A stretch of 64,000 bases of DNA. Origin: Salpingoeca rosetta (lineage: Eukaryota > Protista > Choanoflagellata). A program made the position numbers and the translations under genes. The stretch lies in NCBI GenBank assembly GCA_033442325.1, contig JAWQFM010000022.1:931926-995925 (forward strand). Direction: 5' to 3'. The notes below the pieces were generated by a model, which did not search any database, was not told the origin of the DNA, and was given only the letters and a program-made list of their open reading frames with translations. Of the stretch, positions 28,176-48,773 are shown one piece after another; positions within the stretch are counted from its first letter, which is position 1; each line of letters opens with the position of its first letter.

Positions 28176-29199
28176 ATGGCTGAGCGAGTGTGTGTGACCG
28201 GCGCCTCTGGTACGTGGCTGAGCGAGGGCTAGGGCCGCCACCACCTGGTTATGCGCCAGTTGTCTCATACACTTGGCTCACACCGTGCACCAACACTGCA
28301 TGTCGCACACATCAACAAACACGCAGGCTACATTGCCACGCACATTGTGCAGCAACTGCTGGAGGCTGGCTACCATGTGCGGGGCACGGTGCGTGACCCG
28401 TCCAACGAAGCCAAGACCAAAGTCTTGATGGCCATCGCCGAGAAGGTATGGGAGAAAGTGCGTGTGTGAGTGTGTGCGTGAGTGAGTGAGTGAGTGTGTG
28501 TGTGTGTGTGTGTGAGTGTGAGTGAGTGTGTGTGAGTGTGTGAGTGTGAGTGAGTGAGTGTGTGTGAGTGCGTGATCGAGTGAGTGTGTGTGAGAGTGTG
28601 CTTTTGACGTTGTTTGTCGTGTAGCTTATGATTGGTGCCACAGCTCATGCTACAAATCTGTGGGATTGATTGCCAACCAAGGCCCAAGCTGCAGACCGAC
28701 TGGAGCTTGTCAAGGCGGACCTGCTGGACGAAGGCAGCTTCGACGAGGCTGTCAAGGGCTGCAAATACGTCCTGCACACCGCAAGCCCCTTTCAGCTGCA
28801 GGCGGTGCGTGTGTGTATTTGTGTGCGTGTCACGTGGCGCACTGACCGAAGACCGCAACGCAAGCCAAGCAGGACAGCCAGGAAAGGCAGGCAAACCGGC
28901 ATGCTCATACTCCACACGCCACACGCCACACGCCACACACACACTACTCACAACCGTTCCGATTCTTGCTTGACTTACAACGCACCCACAGCGCGGCAGC
29001 CCCGAGGAGTACTTTGTGATCCCCGCGGTGAAGGGCACAGAGAACGTCCTCAACGCCGTGGCCAAGGCTGATTCCGTGGAGCGCGTGGTGCTCACATCGT
29101 CGTGTGCGGCGGTGGAAGGCTATGCCGATGATAAGGACACCCCGTTCACAGAGGACGACTGGAACCGTACCTCTACCCTCAGCGTGAGTGACCACCTGT

Positions 29200-29251
<52 letters not shown>

Positions 29252-29897
29252 GTGTGGCGGCTGCTTGCAAGCAAGCAGCTGTTTGGCTGCGCGTTCGATA
29301 TGCCCTCCCCCCAGCCTGTTAACACTCCCTTCCTCCTTCACCCTTTTAGGATGGAGCGTATTCGCTCAGCAAGCGCCGTGCTGAGGAAGCGGCATGGAAG
29401 ATGGCCGAGGTAGCCCCTGCTGCACTCTGCCGTATTTGCATCCACTTGCATCGTGTTGCACCCATTTGCACCTCTGCCACGTGTCCTTGTGTGGCGTTTG
29501 TCCTGCATGAAGTGATGTGCATGCATGCAAACACCCACGTACACACACACACATTTACACAGACACATTCATTCACACACACACGCACACACACTGACGC
29601 ACGCGCATGTGGTTTGCTGCAGCAACAAGACAAGTACACGCTTGTGACCATCAACCCTGCCTTTGTGATGGGCCCAACGCTCACTGGCCGAAACGACACG
29701 GCCTCTGTTGAGTTCTTGAAGGTGCGCCTCGTTGTTGGTGTCGACGGCGTCGATACGCACTGCCTTGTGACCGAGCAGGCGTGCGTCTGTCTAAATGCAA
29801 CTGCAACTGCGTGACCAAATGGCTTTTGTGCCCCCAAACGCGCTTTGCACAATGCCTAACCTCCCCCCCCTTTGCCCTGTCTCCTGCACTGTGCATG

Positions 29898-29958
<61 letters not shown>

Positions 29959-31314
29959 NNNNNNNNNNNNNNNNNNNNNNNNNNNNNNNNNNNNNNNNNN
30001 NNNNNNNNNNNNNNNNNNNNNNNNNNNNNNNNNNNNNNNNNNNNNNNNNNNNNNNNNNGCCCAACCACGGCTTGGCTACCTGTCTGAGTTGTACCAATTT
30101 TGTTTCTGCTTCTATTTTGCGTTTGTGCGACGTGCACGAATGTGCTTGTGTTTGTCCGTTTCTTTCTTTCCTTCGGTCGACACTGTCCGTGCTGTGTGCT
30201 CACACATCGTACCTCTGGTGCCTTCGCTACCTCTGCTGCCTCTGATGATCGCGATTGCAGGTGGACGTGCGCGACGTCGCACTTGCTCACATCAAGGCCA
30301 TGACTTCTCCAAAGGCTCAGGTTCGCCGCTTGTGTGCATGTGTGTGCATGTGTGTGTGTGTCTGTCTGTCTGTCGGTCTGTCTCTATGTCGGTTACGTGC
30401 ATCATGGGAACCACTGCACGTGTGTACATACACATGTGCCTCCCCCCTCCTCCGCCCTTCGCTGGCTTGCTGTCTCACCCGGCCATCTCCACGCGCGCCT
30501 TTGTGCCGTTGTTCCCTTCTGTGTGCAGGGCCGCTACATCTGCAGTGCCAAGTCCATGTCTGTGCTTGAGATTGCCGCCGCCATCAGTGCCAAGTACCCA
30601 AACTACCGCGTTCCAACGTGAGTGACATAGCAGCACGCTTGTGTGGTGGCATGGTTGCAGGATTGTGGTCAATCCCTATTTCGCTCACCCTTTCTCACCA
30701 ATATTGCCCCACCTCCATCACTACACACTCACACTCTCACTCACACGCACACTCACACTCACACACACTCTCTCCCACAACAACAACAACAACAACAACT
30801 TAAACAACAACAACGACCACCACCACCACAACAACAACAACAACAACTTAAACAACAACAACAACCAAAATTGGACACCGTGTGCAGGCGCAAGGTGCCA
30901 AAGTTCCTGCTGTATCTGTTTGGGCCGTTTCAGGGGCTGAGCTGGTCGTTCATCTCCCACAACGTCGGTGTTCCACTGGAGTTTGACAACTCCAAGATCA
31001 AGCGCGACCTCGACTTTGAGTTCAGAGACGTCGACACAAGTACGTGTGCGCAAACGCAAAGAAGAGAGGGGGAGGGACGATGTGTGTTTGGAGACAAGCG
31101 CGTGCCCCCCCCCCCTTCATCATCCTCTCTCTCTCTCCCTCTGTCTCTGTCACACAAATACACACACACTCTCTCTCTCCCTCTGTCTCTCTCTCTGTCA
31201 CACAAATACACACACACTCTCTCTCATCCTTCCACCACCCTTCTCTTGCATACAGGCTTGGTTGAGATGGTGGACAGCATGGTGCAGCATGGCCTCATCC
31301 CTGACCGTCGTTGA
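28176..31314 (+). CDS. NAD(P)-dependent epimerase/dehydratase, dihydroflavonol-4-reductase/cinnamoyl-CoA reductase-like extended SDR
   Basis: [11 protein letters not shown] (TGxxGxIA), [38 protein letters not shown], catalytic [15 protein letters not shown]; spans N-gap 29959-30058. Confidence 0.92.
29959..30058. other. Assembly gap (100 N)
   Basis: N run after (GT)n. Confidence 0.99.
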
Positions 31315-31591
31315 GTCCGAGTGTGACACGTCTCTCCACGCCTTTGTTTGACTCCTACGCTCGCTCGTCCTTACGCCTGGCAGCCTTCACAAACACGACA
31401 CAAACACACACACACACACGCACACACACGCACACAATGGTCCTATTGCTGCCTCTCCTATTGAATGGCAATTGAGAAATGGACAAAGCAGGAGCAGGAT
31501 GCCCACAAATGAGAGTGACACACATAGACTGAGACTGAGAGACACACTGAGCTACAGACTCGCACACACGCACACGCACACAGACTCGCAC

Positions 31592-31661
<70 letters not shown>

Positions 31662-32281
31662 GACACACAGAGCATCTCGTCATCTCTTTTGGTCATCGAA
31701 AATTGCATGAAAATAATCCTTAGATTTCGGTGCCCAACACGACGCCATTCCACCCACCACCAACAACAATAAGCAAAAGCACCCACCCAAGCAAGCAAGC
31801 CCTCCTCCCATTGACACCAACACCACAACACCACGCCTTCCAGCATCGACAGCATCATCGGCGTTTTGCCCCTTGCTCTTCACACAGAGCTGACACACGT
31901 GCTGTGTTTGTAAACAAGAAGCTGTCCCCTTGTGCTTTCACCTTCCCGCTCTCTTGACTGCGTTCGACAACAACCACAAGTGAGTGAGTGCGAATGAAAC
32001 ACCTCTCAACACACAAAACACAGCTGCAGCTCTCTGTTTTGTCTTTTGTTCTCTTCTGCATGTGCATTGCTCCCTGCCCTGCGTCGACTCCATAAGACCC
32101 ACCAACAACGAAATATCTCTTCTACACTGCATTGCTTTCACCCAGACTTACGACTCACACTTTGCATCCATTCTGCCCATCCACTTGTTTCACCACCACC
32201 TGCACACTGCACCTCCCCCCCCCCCTCCAAACCACCACTAGAACCAGCCCAAACACATCATCATCATCATAACCACCAGCA

Positions 32282-34417
<2,136 letters not shown>

Positions 34418-35012
34418 GTTGTGTATGCTTATGTGTGTGTTTATGTGTGTGTGTTTATGTATGTGTGTGTGTTTATGTATGTGTGTGTGTTTATGTATGT
34501 GTGTGTGTTTATGTATGTGTGTGTTTGTGTGCCCTTGTGTCGTGTGTGCAGCACTAAAGCTTGGCGTTTACATGTGTGTTGTCTTGGGTGTGAGCGTGTG
34601 CAGCTTAGCAGATGGTCTCAGTGTTTCTCATTTTGTATCGACTCCTTCTCGTGTGTGTGGTTGTCCTTGGCTCTACTATGATAGCCTTGCTGTGGACTAG
34701 TGCCCTTGATCATTCATCTATCCTCAATATGTACCCGTGGTGTGTGTTGTGTGTTTGCGTGTTGTTTGCTGTGGTGCAATTGCATGTGTGCTTTGTCTCT
34801 TCTCCTCTCGTGGACAGACCTGCCCCTCTCCCCGATTCCACTGTGCTTGGCCAGCTGTAAGTTAAGGTGCTCGGCCCACAGCTGTCCATGAGATTTTGTT
34901 TGTGTTGTTGCTGTTTTCATGTCTCAACGACGCCGCAAGCGCCACAACCAATCAACCCTTTATGTTCTTCCATAGTACAAAACACAAGCAAGCAAGTGCA
35001 CCAAGCTGTTTG

Positions 35013-35081
<69 letters not shown>

Positions 35082-35463
35082 GCTCCGTGATTCATGAGGG
35101 TCTTGTGGGGGATTGATTGACTTGCTTAGAAGCGAGAGGACGAAAGGCAGAAAGAAAGCACAAAGCGCAGGCAAGAAGTAGGAAGCACGAAAGATCAACG
35201 TGACCAAAGCTCTAGCTTGGGAGCCGAAGCGAGCGAGCCTTCGATCGTAGACATGTGTAACACATGGAACACCCGAATGCTTGTTTCAACATCCACACAC
35301 GCACACGCACACAGTACACACAAACGCACACAACTCAATACACGCACATGCACACAACAACACAACGCATACACACAACAACACAACGCATACACACAAC
35401 AACACAACACAACACACATGCACACACATGCACACACACACACACCATGCGCGCATATCAGTT

Positions 35464-36930
35464 TCAGCAGCCGGTTTCGAGGATGAGGATCGCCGGGTGC
35501 GTGTCGGGGATGGCGTAGATGAGTCCGTTGCGCGCGAGTGCACCACCACTCCACTTCTGGGTGCCTGAGCCGACTTGGAAGGACGTCACGTCCACAGCGT
35601 GGGTTTCTGGGTCCAGGACAAGCGCCGCATTGGCGTAGTACGGGATGAACACCAGCTTGCCATTGCGTGCAAGCACAGCACCGTTCCATTTGTACGACGA
35701 GCTGCCTCCGAGGCCGGAGACGGAGATGGACATGTCAACGCTGTTGTCGGCTGGGTCAACCACGAGAACATACGACGCAGTGTACGGGACGCCGTAGATG
35801 AGGCCGTTGCTTGCAAGCACGGTGCCGTACCACTTGTCGCCGCCACCGAGGTTGTTGATGCTCGTGGTGTCGACCGCGTTTGTGGCTGGATCAATTATGA
35901 GCACCGACGGTGAGGTGCGAGGGAGTGCGTATATGAGGCCGTTTGCAGCAACGACGGCGTCGTACCATTTGTCTTGCTGGCTGCCAAGGTCAGCGATGGT
36001 TGTGATGTCGTAGGTGTTGGTGAAGGGGTCGATGATGATGGCGGTCGATGCAGAGCCCGGCATTCCGTAGATGAGTCCATTCGGGGCGACGGTGCCGCCA
36101 TGCCACTTGTTACCCGCACTCGACAAGTCCGTCATCGTCGTGGTGTCGGCGGTGTTCGTGAAGGGATCGATGACCAGGACGGAGCGGGAGTGTCGCGGGA
36201 AGGCATAGATGAAGCCGTTGTTGGGCGCCACGACGGCGTTGCTCCACTTGGAAGAGCCACCGAGCGCGCCGATGGTCGTGAAGTCGGCGGTGTTGCTCTT
36301 GGGGTCCAGAACGAGGACGCCAGTAGAATCCTGTGGAATACCGTAGATCAGGCCGTTGCCTGCAAGCACGCCACCGTTCCATTTGTGACCTGTGCCCAGG
36401 TTGGAGATGGTGGTTGCGTCCCAGCGCGGTACCTCAAGCTTGCACACGCGAGCGTCCAGAGCCTCAAGGGCGTCCGAAGCGTTTATGGTTGAGTGCTGCT
36501 CTTCAGCCAGCATGTCATACTGCACCTGGAGTGTGCTCAGCTGCGTGCTCATGGCGTCGCGCTCGTCCTCTGCAACTTGCACGGCCGTGGCCAAGGCGTT
36601 GAGCTTGCCGAGCACGAGCTGGTTCGTGTTTTCCTGTTCCGTCAGCATGCTCTGCTGTACCTGGACGGTCTCAAACAAGCGCACGACATCGAGCCCGTTA
36701 ACGTACATGGACTGGGCGGCCGGGTCCGTGGTGTTGATGTGCAGGGAGCCCGCACTGTCCTCCATAAGCACCACCTTTGCCAGACACCCAAGCTGCCGTT
36801 GCTGCTGCGCAAGGACGACCGCAACTGTGACCACAGCAAGAGCAGTGGTGACGGCAGCTGCAACTTTTCTCAGTCGTAGACGGCACGCCGAAGAAGAGGA
36901 AGACGAAGAACCATGACGCTGCTGGGCCAT
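35464..36930 (-). CDS. Intronless secreted/signal-anchored protein: coiled coil plus seven KWxGxVxAxNGxIYxxP repeats (predicted beta-propeller)
   Basis: Single ORF; hydrophobic VAAAVTTALAVVTVAVVLA; heptad-rich middle; seven ~45-aa repeats (KWNGGVLAGNGLIYGIP ... KWSGGALARNGLIYAIP). Confidence 0.85.
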   Translation of the reverse strand: MAQQRHGSSSSSSSACRLRLRKVAAAVTTALAVVTVAVVLAQQQRQLGCLAKVVLMEDSAGSLHINTTDPAAQSMYVNGLDVVRLFETVQVQQSMLTEQENTNQLVLGKLNALATAVQVAEDERDAMSTQLSTLQVQYDMLAEEQHSTINASDALEALDARVCKLEVPRWDATTISNLGTGHKWNGGVLAGNGLIYGIPQDSTGVLVLDPKSNTADFTTIGALGGSSKWSNAVVAPNNGFIYAFPRHSRSVLVIDPFTNTADTTTMTDLSSAGNKWHGGTVAPNGLIYGMPGSASTAIIIDPFTNTYDITTIADLGSQQDKWYDAVVAANGLIYALPRTSPSVLIIDPATNAVDTTSINNLGGGDKWYGTVLASNGLIYGVPYTASYVLVVDPADNSVDMSISVSGLGGSSSYKWNGAVLARNGKLVFIPYYANAALVLDPETHAVDVTSFQVGSGTQKWSGGALARNGLIYAIPDTHPAILILETGC

Positions 36931-37379
36931 GGTTTCTTGGATTGCAGGGGGGGGGGATTCGGTTTGGTGTCGCACGGGCAAGAGGAGAGGGATGAAGGGA
37001 GGGATGAAGGACTGAAAGGACTAGAAGGGAGGAAGGGAGGCTACATGCACAGGCACAGAGACAGAGGCACTGAGGCACAGGGGCAGGGGCTGCAGGGGGC
37101 TAGGGGGGGGGGGCATTGGGTCCAAGCAAGAGGGGTGTGGCAAGGGGCGAAATGCAAGAAGACAAAGAAGAGCTGCACAGGCGCGAGGAGTTGCCTCTGC
37201 CCTGAATTCAGTCGACGCCTTTCCCGTGTCCGTTGTTCGCCTGCGCAACCAACCAACAAGCAACGAACACTCCACCACATCTCTGTCCCCTCCACCTCCT
37301 CCACATCCTCAGCACGTCTACGATTGGTGCGCAGCCTCCCCCCCCCCCCTCTGTTCCGCACACCACCACAACAAACGAC

Positions 37380-38163
37380 ATGGCTGAGGACGGGTGGCAC
37401 TTGGCGTGCGAGGCGACGGCGATCCCGGAGAAGAAAGGGTTCAAAGTACGCATCGAGGACCGTGACATTGCCTTGTTCCGGGACGGGGATCACGTGTTTG
37501 CCCTGGACGCGCGTTGCTACCATGCAGGTGTGTGTGTGTGTGCACGTGAGTGTGTGTGTGTGTGTGAGTGAGTGTACGCGTGAGTGTGTGTATGTGAGTG
37601 TGAGTGAGTGTACGTGTGTGTACGTGTGTGTGTGCGAGTCTGTGAGCATGTGTGAGTGAGTGAGTGTGTGTGTGTGTGTTTGTGTATGTGTGTATGTGTG
37701 TGTGTGTGTGAGGACATGGGTGCTTTGTGTTATCAATCATGCGTCAGTGTCATGGGCGCCGAATGTACCACATGCCCGATTGCCCTGTTGTGCGGATCTG
37801 TTGTGCGGCTGCTTCCACTCGCCACCCAGTCACCAACCCATGCACCCCCTACCCCATCCACCACCTGCTCCCATCAAATACACGTATGCACACAACCTAG
37901 GTGGACCGCTGCATATGGGCGACATTGAGGATGTGGCGGGGAAGACGTGCATTCGGTGTCCTTGGCACCACTACAAGTTTGCAGTGGGCACAGGCGAGTG
38001 CGTTGGCATGGGGCGAATCACCACAAACACAGGAGTCAAGCAGCGACGACATCGCGTCAAGGTGGAGGACGGCAAGGTGTTTGTCAAGGTCAACACATCG
38101 GGAGCGTTTCCATCCGACAGATACTACACACCCCAGATGGAACGCCTCTTCAGGATTCCATGA
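37380..38163 (+). CDS. Rieske [2Fe-2S] domain protein (RFESD-like soluble ferredoxin)
   Basis: Exons 37380-37527 and 37901-38163; ligands CYH(AGGPL) and CPWH; GDIED and KQRxHxV motifs. Confidence 0.9.
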
Positions 38164-38822
38164 GTGTGTGTGTGTGTGAATGTGCTGTGTGTCTGTTTGT
38201 TTGTGGGGTGTGTGTGTGTTTGTTTGTGCGGGTGTGTGTGTGCATGTTTGTTTCTGTTTCTTTGTTTGCATGTCTGTGTCTGTGTGTATGCGCACGGGTG
38301 TCTTTGTTATATGTCAAGCTATAACTTGCAGACTGCTTGTTTGCAGCGCATGCTATCATTTTCTCGCTCGTTGTTTGGCTCCCACCCTTATCATTTCCTT
38401 CCTTGCTTGATTTGTGGCCTCGCGCCTGACGCATGTATTGAACACTTTGTGACTTGCTTTGATATTGCTAATCTGTGTTGTCGAGAGTTGTTGGGGTTTG
38501 TGTTAATTCAATAAGAACACACAACACACAACACACACAGAGTCATTCGCGTGTGACACGGCGATAACAACAGCACGAAAAAACAGGTCGTGGAAATGTA
38601 ATGTAACACGAACAGAGCACAGGGCCAACTGATAAACAACCCACAACAGCAATAGAACAACAGCAAGGTAACAACGACACGATGCAAGAATAACACAAGG
38701 CGGGATATGCGAGTCAGAACACTCATCATCACGTCGCAAGCAGAGCAAGCGCTATTTGATCAAATCACACACAAAAACAAACAAACAAACAAACAACCAA
38801 ACAAACAAAACAAACAAACTGT

Positions 38823-44484
<5,662 letters not shown>

Positions 44485-44777
44485 GACTGCCGGTGTTGTG
44501 CTGCACGCGCGGGCGTGTGGATCCGATCAGGCAAGCTGTACCCCTCGCTTCTCTTGCCGTGTACACAAGATACCAACCGATTGGCGCTGATGGCGCTGTC
44601 AAGCAAGCGGGTGGCTGCAAGCAAGCACGCAAGTCAACAAAGTGAGGACCACACACCACACGTTCACCACACACACGGACGGCAGGTGAGAGTGATGCCA
44701 AGTTGTTTTGTGTTGTGCTGTTGTGGTCCTGTTTTGTTTGTTTGTGTGCGTGGTTTGTGTGCGAGGGTGGGAATCCC

Positions 44778-45775
44778 CTATATTTTTATTGTGGGGAGAC
44801 GCAGGTTTGATGCGAGCGTGAGCAGCATCGAAAAAATGATCGCCACCAGCGTGCTTGTCAGCATGATCACGTTGAACGGCATCGACATGTCAGGCACAGC
44901 TGGATGAACATGCAGTGAAGCGCGTGAGTGAGTGTGCGTGAGCGAGTGAGTGAGTGAGTGTGTGTGTGCGTGAGCGAGTGAGTGAGTGTGTGTGTGTGTG
45001 CGTGTGTGTGAGTGAGCGAGTGCGTGTGTGAGTGCGTGAGTGTGCGAGTGAGTGTGTGTGAGTGTGTGAGTGAGCGAGCGAGTGAGTGAGAATGCGTGAG
45101 TGTGTTTGTGCATGTCTTTGTGCCTTGTGTTGGTAGTTGTATGACGCGCCAGGAAAACAGAAAGCCAAACGCCCGCACTACCCTTTGGCTTCAGTACATA
45201 CCCATGTGAATTGCCAGTGGATTGGAGATGAAGCGAGACGTGTGGTTCTCAAACACGTCCGCCAGCACAATCGTAGGCAACACCTAACGCGCGTGTGTAT
45301 GTATACATGAGTGCACGAGGGGAAAAACCCATCAAAGAAACACACCATGTGTGTGTGTGTGTGTGTGTGTGTGTCGAGTGCTGCTGCATTGCACACGGCG
45401 CACCTCAAGCCCGCGGAAGGGATCGGACGGATAATCGGAACTGCGCAGAAATCCGTGGTGAAAGGCAATCCTGGCATGCACACACGGAACCAGAACACTC
45501 GATCAGAAAACACGAAGGTGCCACCTTGTCTCCAATTGCACGCACGCACACACACACACACACACACACACAACGTGTAGAGCTGCAGCAGGTTGTACCT
45601 CAACTCGAGTGTTGTGTGCGCAGGAACGGTTGTCCACGTCGTGAGATGCGCCGGGCGCACGCGCGCCTTTGCCGGCACAAACGTGTCATTGTACGCCTGA
45701 ATAAATTCGTATGCGCATGTGTGTGAAAAAGAAAAAAAAAAGCACCCGCTCATACTTCGCAAATTCACACACACA

Positions 45776-45848
<73 letters not shown>

Positions 45849-46774
45849 NNNNNNNNNNNNNNNNNNNNNNNNNNNNNNNNNNNNNNNNNNNNNNNNNNNN
45901 NNNNNNNNNNNNNNNNNNNNNNNNNNNNNNNNNNNNNNNNNNNNNNNNNNNNNNNNNNNNNNNNNNNNNNNNNNNNNNNNNNNNNNNNNNNNNNNNNNNN
46001 NNNNNNNNNNNNNNNNNNNNNNNNNNNNNNNNNNNNNNNNNNNNNNNNNNNNNNNNNNNNNNNNNNNNNNNNNNNNNNNNNNNNNNNNNNNNNNNNNNNN
46101 NNNNNNNNNNNNNNNNNNNNNNNNNNNNNNNNNNNNNNNNNNNNNNNNNNNNNNNNNNNNNNNNNNNNNNNNNNNNNNNNNNNNNNNNNNNNNNNNTCAC
46201 ACAATGAGAGAGACAGAGCGTACATGGGTTTGCGCATGTGCTATGCTGCATGGTGTGTGCTTGTGTGAATGTTTGTGTGAATGTTTGCGTGAATGTTTGT
46301 GTGAATGTTTGTGTGAATGTTTGTGTGAATGTGGTGCCTGCCTGTGTGGGCATGTGCTCGTAGAGATGCGTGGAAGGCATAAAGGGCTGTGTGCATCGGT
46401 GCATGATGGCACCATGCGCACCGCTATCGCCGTGTCCCAGTTGTTGTGAATCTGCAACAATCAAGGCAGCCAGAGCCGTGTGAGCACAAGGTAAACGCAA
46501 ATTACCCAAATGAAGATCGTTGGATCTGCAAAACACGAAGACCGACAGCGACATGGACAGAACAAACACATGTGTGCACTCACCCGAGTGCTGATGGCGC
46601 CCTTGTACGTGCCACGGCCGATGTAAACCTTGGTGACCGCCAGCGGAACATCAGGAGCTGCCTCACCATTTTGATTGCGCAATATCGAAAGGAGTGCAGA
46701 GCGCTGCCACGACAGCTTCACGCGAAGCGAGGGCGGTGGCGCAGACAAACTCGTGTTGCTGCTGCTGCTGCTGC

Positions 46775-46871
<97 letters not shown>

Positions 46872-47665
46872 GCTGTTGTTGTTGTTGTTGTTGTCGTCGT
46901 GCTCGTTGAAAGTCTGAGCTGTGTCCGCGAGCGTGAAGCGGACAAGAGCGCCGCCGTCGCTGTCAACGCGGGCGAAGCCTGGTACCACGGTGGCAATGTT
47001 GGTCATGGCATAACAAGATCCCAAGATGAGTGGCGTAAGCAGATACCAGCACACGGACAAGCAGCCAAACACACGCGGGATTACCGCTGCGCCTCACCTT
47101 GGTGCTCAGCGTTCACATGTACGCGATGCAGTTGCTGGCGCGTGTCAATCACAAACGTGGTGACATCCGCAGCAGCGCACCTGATGAAGGCGATGGTAAT
47201 GGTGGTGGTGGCGGCGGCGATGGTGTTAGTGGTGGCGTTAATGGAAACACGTGGCTGGCGGTTGGTGTTGATCACGGGTAAGGAAGGGGCCGCTTGCGTG
47301 ATTCACAACACGAGAGAGCAGCGAGGTGCGGTCAAAGGGAAACGAACACTACCATGCGCGCTGCCTCCATGTGCGGGTGTTGTAGAAACGACCGAGATCA
47401 ATCGACTCCAGCGTTGCATGCTCACTGCTGCGTGCGAGTGACAGAGGAACAGCGCGAGTGTGGTCGGCGGCCACAGCTTCAATCGTCACGTGCATGCTCA
47501 CGTCACCCGCGCACACGACAGGCGATGGCCGCTGGGAGATTGCCAGTTGTCGGTGTGCTCTCCTGGCCGACCACCCAAGACTGTGAAACGAACCTGTTGC
47601 GGGTGTGTCGCGAGTGAGCGAAGCAGGCAGAATTGCAGCACACACTATTCCACCAAAACATGTCA

Positions 47666-47713
<48 letters not shown>

Positions 47714-48460
47714 CAAAGAACAGCGCTGGCCAGTGGTTTGCTGCGTGTGCGCACCTGAGAAGAACTTCCTGGCGTCAATCAGTGATGCAAGGCCGGCAAT
47801 GCGCCCGCACGGCAGTAGATGCTGCAGTGGTGTCAGGTTCTCGGTGCACAGGGCCTCTCGTTGCAGGAACCCGCGCACTGTGGTTGTGGGGGAATCGCTG
47901 CTGCCGCTGGTGAAGAGGGCAGTGTCGTAGATGACGTGCTCGGCCGTGATGGTGGAGAGTGATGCGCACAGCATGCCGGAGAGCATGTGCATGAGCTGCT
48001 CGAACCGATCGGGCACGGATGCCCGCAACGCTGAAGGCCACGTCGCTTCCACCTCGGCCCCCATCATTGGTGTTTGCTGTTCGTACGGGTAGGCTCCCCA
48101 AGCATCGTCACGCCATCGGCCTTGTGTCAGCCGCACGCTGACAGCCTCTGCGCCTGTGGCCTCGAAGATGCGGCGAACAGGCAGCGGCACCAAGCTGGAA
48201 TGTTGTGCACAGTCGTTTGCCGTAGCATTTGGGGCGTGGGCACCACGCGGTGTTTCTCCGAAAGCACCATCTTTGAGCTTTCCTCTGTGGTCGTGCGCTA
48301 CTGGTCTTGCATCGAAGCGTGGCTCCACCCGGAACAGTACGCTGCCGTCTGCCAGAGTGATGAACGATGTCTGCTCAGAGTACGTCTCGTCCGCCAGGCC
48401 TTCCGTCACAACAGCACACAAGCAACACGCCAGCGCAACCAACGCAGGTGCCACGGCCAT
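44778..48460 (-). CDS. PIGT: GPI transamidase component PIG-T (Gpi16)
   Basis: Signal peptide MAVAPALVALACCLCAVV; LTQGRWRDDAWG; LSGMLCASL; REALCTENLTPLQHLLPCGRIAGLASLI; C-terminal VPDMSMPFNVIMLTSTLVAIIFS TM; spans gap 45849-46196. Confidence 0.93.
45849..46196. other. Assembly gap
   Basis: N run. Confidence 0.99.
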
Positions 48461-48469
48461 CGCTCCAGC

Positions 48470-48665
<196 letters not shown>

Positions 48666-48773
48666 CTTCTTGTGGATGTCGGTCGGTGCACTCGTTCACC
48701 ACCGTTGTCGATCTGCCGAAAATTGGCAGGAATCATTCAATAATCGCCACAACTTGAGCCAAACAAAAAGACG

